This document shows positions 50,878 to 63,717 of a DNA stretch of 64,000 nucleotides, in pieces. The DNA is from Geosiphon pyriformis uo1 (lineage: Eukaryota; Fungi; Glomeromycota), in the NCBI GenBank assembly GCA_016748015.1, contig JAAOMT010000591.1:605050-669049 (forward strand), given 5' to 3'. The notes beneath the pieces were generated by a model. The model searched no databases, had not been told where the DNA came from, and saw only the letters and a list, made by a program, of their open reading frames with translations. Made by a program: the position numbers and the translations under genes. Numbering within the stretch: the first letter of the stretch is position 1; every line of letters starts with the position of its first letter.

Positions 50878-53800
50878 CCATTTTATCTAGAACTTTTCTA
50901 AACTGGTTCAACCACTTCACCAGCTCCAAGCCAAAAATATAAAATATGAATGGACAGAAACCCAACAAAAAGCTTTTGATATACTAAGAAGAAAGCTTAT
51001 TTAAGCATTAGTATTAATCTATCCAAATTATAGCAAGTCATTTATTATTATAACTAATATATCTGATCAAGCATTAGAAATAGTCCTATTGCAAAAAAGA
51101 CTGAATAGAAGAGAACATTCAGTAGTATATGCTAGTTACAGCTTAAGTCCAGCTGAAAAGAACTATAGAACACCAGCACTAAAACACTTAGCTATCTATT
51201 AAGCAATTATAAAATAGAAGAAATACTTAAGCCAGAAATTTGACATATACACTAATCACAAAAGATTAACATTAATCCAGAAACAAAAATTTGGAGATGA
51301 TTGTTATGTGAGATAAAAAATAAAACTTTTACTATTCAAATATACTATACATGATAAAAAAAAAAAAAAAAAACAGAAATGCTAAGAATAAAACAAATCT
51401 AAGAACATTTTGACCCAAAAATATAATAAAAAATAAACACACAAAAATATCAACAACTCTAATATTATATTAATACCTGACAGTTCCAAGAGAAATTATC
51501 TCAAGAGAAACAAAACAACATAAAACAACAATCCAAATATTTTATCACTTACCAAAATATACTATACCAAAAAAACAGAAAGAATCCAAATTAACTACTT
51601 AGAGTAATTACAGAATCAAAAAAAGAAACAATACTATACAACATGCACTCAGATTCAACAGCAGAACATTTTCATAAAAAAGCAACCATAGAAAGAACCA
51701 AAAAGAGATATTATTGGCCATTAATATATCTAAACATCATTCAATACATTTAAAGTTGTGATGCTTGTTAAAGAAGAAAAGAAACAAGATTCAGTAAACC
51801 ACTAAGACTAATTAAAGTGAAACAACTATTTGATAGAATTGGAATTAACTTAGTCAGACTATTAATGATAACCAATAAAAGCAACTATTATATAGCAGTA
51901 GTCATGAATTATTTTACAAAATAGCCAAAGATAAAAGCAATTCAAAAAGCAGATACAGAATCTGTAGCTGAATTCATTTACCAAAATTTGATTTGTTAAC
52001 ATGAATGCCCAAAAAAATTGCTATCAAATCAAAGAACTCACTTTGTAAACAGAACATTGGCAGAATTAAGTCAAAGATTTGGAATCAAGAGACTATTATC
52101 ATCATCATATCATCTATAAACAAATGGTTTAGTTGAAAGATTCGACAGAACATTGTGTAAAGCAATTACCAAAATCAGTCAAAAACCCAAAATGAATGGA
52201 ATTTGTTTATACCATCAGTACTATTTGCTTATTAGACAATGAAGCAAAATACCATACAAGCAACACTATTTGAACTTGTTTATAATAGAACAATAACATT
52301 ACCAGTTAAGATAAAAGTCAATATATATCCAACTGAACCAATTAACAAAACCAATTTCTAAAGAACATTACTAAAAAGAACATATAAACTAATAAAAACA
52401 TTAAAAAACAAAAAACAAAAAGCAGCTAATAATATTCAAAGATCACAAAAAAAACAAAAAGAAAGACATAATAACCAATTACCAAATAAACTAGTTAAAT
52501 TCAAAATTGGAAACAAAGTATTTTTGTATTGTACCAAAGTGAAAAAACAATAGAGTGAAAAATTTGACCCCAAATGGGACAGACCATTTCACATAGAAGA
52601 AATTCTAAGAAATGGAGCTTATAAATTAAGATGAGACAACAAAATTTTAACCAAAACAGCACATAGTGATCGGCTAAAACCATATTACAATATAGTACTA
52701 TTATTTACTAATAATATTTTACAACTAAAAGTACAATAAATACTAGTCCAACCAGATAAAATTTCACAAAATCTGGAACCAATATAATCATTGATTCAAA
52801 TGCATCAAATTGATCGACCAAAAGAGTATATAAGAACACAGTATACATGACAAAAAAACCAAAGAAAATGAAAATACCAGACCATATTTACACTTTAGTT
52901 TAACAATTATTTCAGGTTTTAAATCAACAACAATTGGACATAGAAATTACCATTAATCACCAACAATCTGTTATCAAAACACCAAACAAAAAAAAAGTAC
53001 ATCATATCAAAAACCACAAAATCAACCAAGAAACTAATCAGATAAAATAATAGAAAAAGTAAAGAACACTTTTGGGAAAATATCTATTATGGTTTTAACA
53101 AAAAAACTTTCCAAAAAAAATTGGAACAGTAGATAGAACAATTTTCAATACCATACTGCTACTATTAGTTGAGACAAAAATTGGATATTTAAAAGTTATA
53201 TCTTGATAAAACCAAGAGAATATTTAATCAAGAGATAATATAGAATATTGAAAACATTATTGAAAAAAAAACAAACCTGATACTACACATTAGAGCAATT
53301 TATCAATTACATACAATATTTCAAAATTACTCAGAAACATTGCTACATTCTAATATGAAAACAATAATCATTAACCAGTGGAAGAGAATGAACAACTTAT
53401 AAATCGAAAATATAAGAAGCAAAATTGAATAAACAATATTAGAGAGAGAAGTTATAGATCTAATTCAAAATAAAAAGTTTAATAAAGCTCAATATTAAAA
53501 GGAGGAAATAATATTACTTATAGAAAAAGCATACATTAAATAATAGAAAAAATAAATAAACCAATAAGAGAATAATAATTAACATGTAAGCACATTGCTT
53601 AGCAATATGAGCATTACTTAAGAAATTATAACACATTACTTGGAAATGTAAATAATCTTGTAGAACTCAAATTATGTATATATAGCAAAAGTATTAGAAG
53701 CAGAAAAAACAGAATTAATATCAAAATCTTCTAGTTAAAACATTTTAATTAGAATCTTTAATATTAATAAATAATTATTTACTATTTAAATTACTTTTCT

Positions 53801-54314
53801 CACTATTACCATTTTATATTGATAATATTCAATACTTAATTACACTGAAACAATAGTTTTTGATCATGGTTATTGATAGAATACTAACATAAATTGTCTT
53901 GGCTTAAAATTTCTTTATTTTTTTTTTCTTTATTTTTTTTGTTATTATTATATACTAATTAATTAAAGATTAAGTGCTGAGTTATTAATGTCAAGAATAG
54001 CTTGGTAAAAGACCCATAAAACAAGAATAGAACACTCAAAGATTGAGAATAACTTACCAGAAGGACATAACTGACAGAATAAACTGGCCATTATGTTGAA
54101 AAAAAAAATTCAACAGAATTGTAATTTCAGGAAGCTACAAATAAAACAACACTTAAATCTCTGTTTATTATACAAAAAACTCAACCAAAACTTTCAGATC
54201 AACCAAAACATTCAGATTATAAAAATCTTCAAATATTACCAATTGAATTTGCTATTAAGCACCAAATTACAGATTTGTTATTTGATTTGAGACCCCAAAT
54301 AATTATCTGTAACA
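50878..54314 (+). mobile_element. Outer family D element, right segment (RT end, RNase H, integrase, ORF3 52868-53498, PPT 53497-53508, 3' LTR 53512-54314)
   Basis: Continues the RT broken at 17707; YAS.SLSPAEKNY; AAAAGGAGGAAA PPT; D-type LTR ending TGTAACA. Confidence 0.88.
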
Positions 54315-55484
54315 ATAATAACAAGAAGAAAAGCCTGGACATAGCCAAAGCTGTTTTTATTTGTATCAATGACATCAGCATTAAAACTGACATAAAAGTA
54401 TTTAAAACAAAAGAGTACATTATAATTGTTGACAATAAGTGGCTCAAAAAAGCCAAAGCACTACTTGACTATGAATTTTGTGAGCTAACCATCAGATGTA
54501 GTAAGAAGCCCATTGTAGTTAAGTGTTATTATTAGACAACTTCTCCAGTACTCAAGCAGAATCAAGAAAATAAGCAATCAGATAAATCAGATGATGAAGA
54601 GAATGATAAAAAAAAAGATCAAGAAGAACAAGAAAAAACTGTTGAACTTGCTTATACTATCTTTACCAGCAATGACAAGCCACTAGATAATATTAAAGCT
54701 AATAAAAAAGAAATTATTGTAAATGGCAAACTGATTTGTTGGCCCTACTATAATATTCTTAGAAGAATTTTTAATAGAAAACCTGGTAAGAAAGCAAAAT
54801 ACAATTATGATGATATGGCTCTTATGTCTAGTACTGGTGTGATAAACCTTTGTATTCTCTTAATGATAAATACAAATTTTGCCTAATTTACTACAAAGAT
54901 TGAGAATTTATTAGCCTAATATCAAAAAAAAAACTAAGAAAAATACAAAAATTCTTTGAAAATGACTCACCTAAGATCTAATTACTTACAGTAGAACAAA
55001 GAGAATCTTTTTCTAAAAAAAAAAATAGACATTAAAAATCTGTTGCTAGAAATAGCCCAATTATATTAAAAGAAGATAATATTTTTGAATAAACTTATGT
55101 GATACAACACACTATTACTATCAGAGAAACTTGCCTCATTTATTTAAAGCCTTATTAATTCAATTAATACAATAATAAATTCATTAAAAAAGAAATAATC
55201 TGAATGAAAAATCTTAAATTCATATAAGAAACCAAAAGTAAATAGGTTTTTTCAGTTGTAATGGTATTTAAAAAAAATAGAACTCTATGCTTCTGTGTTA
55301 ATTATTACCAATTAAATACTATCATTATAAGAGATATGTATTTACTTTCCAAAATTGATACAATGCTAGACAAATTCAATAGTGCTGCTTTCTTCTCAAT
55401 TATTGATCTAACTGCTAGATTCTAACAAATAAAAATGAATCTGGAAAACAGAAAGAAAACTGCTTTCATCACCAAGTATAGCAC
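54315..55484 (+). pseudogene. Old family A pol remnant (protease C-half to RT N-part); probable host of outer D
   Basis: Collinear with 33160-34333 (KKKSLDIAKAV, KWLKKAKALLDYE, KTAFITKY). Confidence 0.88.
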
Positions 55485-56542
55485 TGTTACCAGTAGAATT
55501 TTAGCTATTAATTAGCATGAAAATTACCCTTATAATTCATATAATTTATTAGTATATTAATATCATTTCAAATTATCATTTATTATTTAATCAATTATCA
55601 CATATCACGATTTAATTAAAATAATCTAATTAGTATAACAGAAAGTAGGATGATCAAATTATACAATACCCTGAACTTTATAACATTCAAAAATTCGCCG
55701 AAATTTACAGAAATTCGCCGAAATTTATAAGAAATTCGCCGAAATTTACAGAAATTCACCGAAATTATGAATAGTTCACCCAAATTAATGAATAGTTTAG
55801 TGAAATAACTTGTAGTTCATCAAAATGTATCTTTAGTTTGCCGAAATTTGAGCAAAAAGAAAAAGTGCAAGTTCATAGACTAGTACTACAACAAGTGTAT
55901 AAAAGAAGAGCTTTTCTCTTCTGGAAAATGTATCTTATTTTAGATTTATCTCTTAAAACCGTTCCTATACACACAAAAAGAAATAAATATCAAATAATTC
56001 GAAAAAACCAAATTCTTTAATTATTGTACTTGGAAAATTCCCAAAACCCAACTAACATTTCGAAATTGATTAACTACCAATTTCAGTAAACTGTTAGTGA
56101 TCCCAGACCTGAATAGAAAACGTTTCTCTTGACAAAATTCTATTTCTTTTATATTTCTTTTATTTTCTTTTTCTTTTCTTATTACAATCATTAGGGTAGC
56201 CTATAGATGAGATTTTTGTAGAAGAGTTGACTTTCACAGCAAAGTAACTATACATTTTAGTGAGCTTCCAGATGAGCAATTTCTGGGAAAGAGTTGACGT
56301 TTACTACAACGTAACTACATAAAGTAACTGGCAAGGAATTGGCCATTTCACTCATAAGCCCAGCAAGTTCAAATTATAAGAGATAATTTGAAGATAAATT
56401 CAGTTACTAGAGGTCCAACTACTTCCTGAAAATGTGAATTCACAGCAAACAGGTATCAACAACATTTAAGAAAAGAGACCAAAAGCCTCCGGTAACATTT
56501 GGTGCTCTCCCACGGAAATAACACAGCAACAACAAATTCAAA

Positions 56543-59500
56543 GTGGCAACCACACCAGACACAGCAACTCTAGAGTATTACCAGTCAATTTACACCCACT
56601 GCAAGCAAAGATTCAACATTCCAGACGGAATTGAAGTTGTAAAGAAATCAGTATACTAATACATTGAAAACCATATCAACAATTATCTTTTTGGAAACTA
56701 CAACATTTCAGAAGTTAGAAGCAACCTTTACAATAATTTAGTGCACTATTCACAATTGGGAACAGAAGACCTAAACAGTGAAACACTTGCTACCTACTTT
56801 CAAGAACTTAATTTTAATATTATTAAGTATTGTGAAGAAAAATACCCAGTACAATCTAAATACTCTTTTGATTTTGAATCAGAGACAGAAACAAGCAACA
56901 AAGGCAAACAAAGATTGAAGCAATACTCAAGAACCACTCCAAACACTCCAACACTACAAAAGACAACTGCCAAACACTTGCAAACACCTGAACAAGGAAC
57001 CAGTGTCAAATTACCGCTTTCTATTACACCATTTCCAATTTCACTTGTTCAACTACAAACACCAAGTTTACCACTTAGCCGTTTCTCTAGACCAGAAAAT
57101 TTTCAGTCACCTAAAAATCTTACTCAACAGCAGGAACCAATATTAACAAGTGCCAATATCATTGATTACTTACAGGAAAATGAAAGTAATCACTCAGAAA
57201 GCTTGGAAAGTAAAGAAACTGAATCAGAACCAGAAGAAATTACAAAAAACGAGGAAGAAATAGCAACTGCTTACATTGCAAAAATCCCAGAATTCACTGG
57301 AGAAAACAATGATACCAGTCCTCAAGAATGGCTTGACAAGATTCAAAAAGCAGGAGATGCAAATGGTTGGATTGCAGCGAGAATGCTCAAAGCAATTCCC
57401 TACTTTCTTTAAGAACCATTCGAAAACTGGCAAGCATTCAAAGATGCTTTTCTACAACAATTCACCGACAACAATATCTCTATCACTCTCAGAAACTGCT
57501 TTCGCAATATCAAACAAAAAACATCTGAATCTGTTATGACCTACCTTAGAAGATTTAACAAACTTCTCAGACGAATCTGACAATTAGAAACCAATGACTA
57601 CTATTCTGATGCTCAAATCCTGGATCAGTTTATAGCAGGATTAAAAGACAAATTGATTAATAAAGTCCGTCCACATGCTCCAGCAGACTTAGCAACTGCT
57701 ATTAAACATGCAAAAAGCTATGAAATGGCAATGGAAGAAGCAAATCACACCAAGCTTGTAAACCTTGCAATTAGAAAAACCAGCTCAGCAGCTGAAAAAA
57801 AGATAGACCAACTCGCAAAAAAAGTTGAAAGCTATTTTATAAACCAGCAACAACAGCAGCAACAACCACAAAAATATCAACCACCACAACAACACAACCA
57901 AAACAATTTTGGATTAACATCCAACAACCAATCTCAAAATTGTCATTATTGTGGAATTCCAGGACACTGGAAACAAGATTGTAGGAAATTGCAAAGAGAC
58001 CAACAAAACAGAAGTAATCAACATTACTCTTCACTACAACAATCCTATTACCAATCTTCACTACCAACCTATTATTTACCAAGACCCCAAAATCAAAACT
58101 ACTATCCACCAGCTCCACAATCAATGCAGCAACAATATCAGCAACTTTTACCAATTCAGCCATATCAAACACCACCCACTCAACAATATCAAGTACCAGC
58201 AAGAAAATTGGTTCAACATAACCAATTTACACACCAAAATCAATTGCAAAATAACCACAACAGAATCAATCCAAATAGCCAGTTGGTTCCCCAAAATTCG
58301 GGCCAGCAAAGACCCAATTACTATTACACTCAACCCAGTTATCTTACAATACCAGAGGAATCGGATTTTCAACAAACTGCACTTTCTGAAGATGAAGTTG
58401 CAGCGCTAAGATCAAACCCGTCCAACCATACCATTCCACCAGCTCAAATTGCCCAAAATGCTAATCTGTCAGATATATTTCCATTTGAATTTGAAGCAAA
58501 TGAATCACCATTTCTGCTTAGTAATGCAGCAGTCAATGAACAGAAAACAATTACTGCCATGTACACAGAAACTATAGTGGAAGGAAAACCCATTCACTTA
58601 ATCTTAGATAGTGGATTAGCTGGAAGTATCATTACTTACCAGCTGATGCAACAACTCAAACAAAATGTAGACAGACCAGCTCAAACAGTTATTGTCACAG
58701 CTGATAGTATAAAGAAGACTCCAGTAGGAGAAATTGATGATTTTCTTTTTTCAATTGATGGAATCACCATTCCAGTTAAAGTTCTTGTTATGGATGCACC
58801 CTAATACTAAGCTCTAGTCAAAAATGATTGGCTTTTTAAGGCCAATGCAAACCTGAACTGGGAAACTCAAGAACTTAAAATCTCATACCAAGAACAATAT
58901 ACCATAGTACCTGCAACCTGTGGTACCTTTAACAAATGCTCAAAAAAAGCTCCAGTATTTGAATTTGAAGAGGAGAAAGAAATGCCACTTACTGAAACCT
59001 ACATGGCTCTTGGATTAACATCCAATTGGGCTGAAGAAACTGAACAAGAGATTTTTGAAGAATCAAGGGGATGGAAGAAAGTTAGATATTCTACACCAGA
59101 ACCATGGAAACAACCACCCTATATTCCACTCAAATGCAAAGATTGCAACAAAAAACTTTTATCAATGGGAACATGTATTTCTTCAGAAGAGGAATATGAA
59201 ACTTGTATCTGTTACTTTTGCAAAGCATGCCATAGAGAACGATTTGGATCTCCAAAAAGAAATGGAAAATGGGACAACACACCTTGTCTTACATGTGAAG
59301 AAATGCTACCAGAAGAATGCAATTGGATTGATGTAGCAATGAGAGAAGGAGTATGTGATCAAACCTGTCAATATGCTCTATCAATTTCGGAAAAAGTCAG
59401 AAGAGGAACACCATTTGATGCAGCATACAACAGTGCTTTCAATAAACTTTACCACTACCCTCATGATGCTAAAATGATTTTTGACCTAGCGATGGCATTA

Positions 59501-62500
59501 ATCAATGGAGCCACCCAAGAAAATGTCCACCAAATAAAAGAAGCTGAATATATTGAGTATACCATGGAATTAGCTGGATTTGATTATGAAGATGAAGTAG
59601 AAACCTACCACCAAATTGCAAGCCACACATATCTGACCAAAAAAGCTCAAATTCAACAATTAGAGCAAATAAACATTCAATTGTGTGAAGAATGTGTTAT
59701 GCCTTGTGATGACCAATAGTGTTTAGAATGTTATGCTCTTAGCATTCCTCTGCCGGAGGAGAATGATGAAAATGAAATCGAATTTGGAGTATCTGAACTA
59801 GTAAAAGAACTACCAACCACTTTCATCTATCTTCTTGAAAAGCAATCACCTCTACAACTTAAATATTTTGACAACCATGGCCAAGGAATTAGACCAGAAA
59901 AAGCACACGAAATTGATGCTGGATATGACCTAAGATACCCAGGAAAAGATACTTTGATTCTCCAACCCAAGTCTTTGACAAAAATCAATCTCAAAATTGC
60001 TCTTGAAATTCCACCAGGAGCAATGATTCAAATTGCCTCCAGATTATCATTGGCAAGCAAAGGAATCAATATTAGAGGAGGAGTTATAGATGCAGGATAC
60101 ACTGGAGACATTATCATCATATTACAGAATAAGATAAACAAACCATTCAAAATTGAACATGCTGAAAAAATTGCTCAAGCAATTTACTTACTCTTAATCA
60201 ACATTTCGGGTTTACAATCAGTAAACAACAGAGAACAATTGGGAAAAAGTGAAAGAGGAACTCAAGGTTTTGGTTCAACTGGATGATTTACAGTCCCAGT
60301 AAACATAACTCTTAATACACAAAATGAATCTCACCAGATTCTTCAACTTCCTCAGCCAATTACCATTTCACCTTTTGGAGAACATCACGAAATTTACACT
60401 TGCTCAAAACCCACCACTACACAACAAATCTTTAAATCCAATGAACAAATCTGTTTGAAGCATGAAATATCAATTCCAAACGTTTATATTCCCAAAGGAA
60501 TGAAAAAATTTCGAATTACATTCTACAACTCCAATAATTACTCTATTGTTTTATTAAACAAATTAGAAATTGGAATCATACACAGCAACATCTTGCAAGA
60601 TGAAAACCCTCAGATTGTCTCTAATTTCATCGAAATTGTAAAGCACACTCTACTTCCATATCTAAATATCATTTCCACTACTGAAAACTACCACTTGTTG
60701 GAAGAAAAACTCTCTTGAATCAATATGGGCCCCTTAGAACCTCAACAACAAAGACAATTGAAACAATTGATAGCTGAATTTGCAGATATATTTGCAAAAA
60801 ACAACAATGACTTGGGAAAAACAGACATTGTTCAACATCAGATTCATACAGAAGATACCCTACCAAAATGTCAATAAGCTTATTGAGTGCCACCTGCCAG
60901 CCACCAATTCATTAGAGAAGAGGTCCAAAGAATGCTCAATAACGGATTGATTCAACCATCAAGAAGTTCTTGGGCCTCACCAGTAGTTTTAGTTAAAAAG
61001 AAAAACGGAAAAATCAGATTTTGTGTTGATTATAGACAACTGAATAGTGTTATAATTGGAGATATCTACCCTCTTTCAAGAATTGATGACATGCTAGATG
61101 CTCTAGGAAAAGCCAAGTTCTTTTCAACTTTAGACCTGGAAAGTGGATACTGGCAAGTCGAAATGGACCCAAAAGATAGACCCAAAACAGCATTCACCAC
61201 TCAAGGAGAAAATTATGAGTTTAATATTATGCCTTTTGGACTCTGCAATATGCCAGCAACATTTCAGTGACTCATAGATGTTGTCTATGAAGGGCTCTTG
61301 TGGCAATCAGTAGTTGTTTATCTTGATGATACTGATGTATACTCACCAAGCTTTGAAGTCCATCTTATTCACCTGCGAAAAGTTTTTCAATGATTACGGA
61401 AAGCAGGATTAAAGTTAAATATTGAGAAATGTCACTTTGGAAAAACAAGCTTGATCTTTCTTGGACACATAGTTAGTAAAGATGGAATCAAACCAAATCC
61501 AGGAACAATCAGTGCTGTCAAAAACTTTCAAACCCTCAGAAATACTACAGAACTAAGAGGATTTGTGGGATTAGTCTCTTACTATCAAAAATTCATAAAA
61601 GAATTCTCAGAAATTGCCAAACCACTCAATTATCTTACCAACAAAAATGTACCATACAAATGGACTGAAGAACAACAAAAAGCTTTTGAAATTCTCAAAA
61701 CAAAATTGACAACAGCCCCAGTTCTTGTTTACTCAGACTTTAACAAATGATTCCAATAGCCACTGATGCTTCACACATAGCATTTAATGCTATCTTATCA
61801 CAATTGGATGAAAATGGCCAAGAACAAGTTATTGCCTATGCCAGTAGAACACTCAAGCCAACAGAACTCAAATATGGCTCAACTGAATTAGAAGCTGCTG
61901 CAGTTATTTGGGCTCTTAAACATTTTCAACAATATCTGAAGAATGGAAAAGAATTTGACATAATAACGGACAACATTGGCCTCAAATGGCTCAATAAAAA
62001 GAAAACTGAACAAAGTGCCAAACAGTCTCGATGGAATGACTTCTTAGCAGACTACAGATATATTGTACACCACAAACCAGGAAAACTACATACCAATGTT
62101 GATAGCCTCTCAAGAATGAGACAAGATTAATACCAACAACAATTCCACCACAACTTACCAACTTACTAACAAAATAACCAAACAAGAATAGATCTCAGAA
62201 ACTACAGCAATCTTAAAAATTATTTGGAGATTCTTACCATGTCAGAAAACTGGTCTCCAAGTGAAAAACACCACTTACAACACCAATTAAAACAATATTT
62301 CATACACCAAAACAAAATCTATTATAAAAATCACAGAAAACCAAACCAGCCACTCAGATTAGTACAAGAGAATAAAAAAGAAACAATTTTATACAACATG
62401 CACACAGATTCATCTTCAGCACACTTGGGAAAAGAGGGAACAATTCAAAAAACCCTTGAACATTATTTTTGGTCTTACATGCAAAAAGATATTCAATAAT

Positions 62501-63574
62501 ATGTAGAATCTTGTGATAATTGTCAAAGAAAAGGAGGAACTCACCTCACAGAACCTCTAAATCCAATCAAAGTTGGACAATCTTTTGACAGAGTTGGAAT
62601 TGATTTAGTCGGACCATTATTTATCACAACCCAAGGAAATTGTTATATTGCTGTTGCAGTGGATTATCTTACCAAATGGCCTAAAGCTAGAGCCATCCAA
62701 AGAGCAGATGCAAAATCAGTAGCAAATTTCATCTATGAAGACATTATCTGTAGACATGGATGCCCAATTGAACTCTTATCTGATCAAGAAACACATTTTG
62801 TAAACAACTTGATACAAAAAATTTGTGAACAATTCAATGTCAAAAGACCTCTATTATCACCTTACCATCTCCAAACAAATGGACTTGTAGAATGTTTCAA
62901 CAGAACATTGTGTGAATCTCTAGCCAAAGTCTCAACAGACTTTGAGCAGGAATGGGATATCTTTATTCCATCAGTGTTACTAGCATACAGAACACTAAAA
63001 CAAGATACTATGAAACACACACCATTTGATCTTACTTATGAAAGGACAGCAACATTACCAATTAATTTCACAGTGGAAACATACCCAGTGCAACCAATCA
63101 ATAAAGAAAACTTTCAAGAGACACTCCAAAGAAGAGCCTACACTCTTCTTAGTACACTGAAAGGAAAAAGAAAAATAGCAGCAACTTATATTGAACATTC
63201 CCAAGCTCAACAAAAAGAAAGACATGACAACAAATTACCACCTATTATCAACGAATTTAAAGTTGGAAATAAAAGTTCTCTTACACAGAACTAAGGCTAA
63301 AAAACAATGGAGTGGGAAATTTGAAAACAAATGGGATGGACTATTTTATATTCATGAAATTCTAGGCAATGGATCATATAAGTTAAGGCTTGATGACAAA
63401 ATATTAGCAAAAGTTGCACATGGAGACAGATTGAAACACTATTATTCCAGAAACAATCCTGAACCATTAATTCCACAAATTGGTACACATTTCTCTTTAA
63501 TTAATCCTAAAGATATTCTCCGAAATTTAGAACCAATAATTATAATAGAACAACAACCAAACTTGAACACTTAA
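56543..63574 (+). pseudogene. Family B gag-pol: gag with CCHC, PR, Cys domain ~59110-59740, dUTPase ~59890-60283, RT, RNase H, integrase
   Basis: CHYCGIPGHWKQDC and LILDSG lie in one frame; DAGYDL/GGVIDAGYTG/IAQ/RGTQGFGSTG; VYLDDT; ATDAS; DYLTKWP; FKVG.KVLL..KWDG. Confidence 0.94.
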
Positions 63575-63717
63575 AGCTTACAATAATTTTCTAATAAAAA
63601 CACAAAGACAAAAATAGTAAATAATTACAAAACACCCAAACCCAAAAACAAATAAAAATCCCATATCCAAAAAATAATTTTCTTTATTCTCTTTTTTCAT
63701 AATTAGTCAATTTTATC

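Noticed and set aside
59954-60286. Host DUT1 gene or tRNA genes in the window
   Set aside because: The dUTPase is embedded in pol in five TE copies, and the tRNA-like sequences are only 16-17 nt primer-binding sites.
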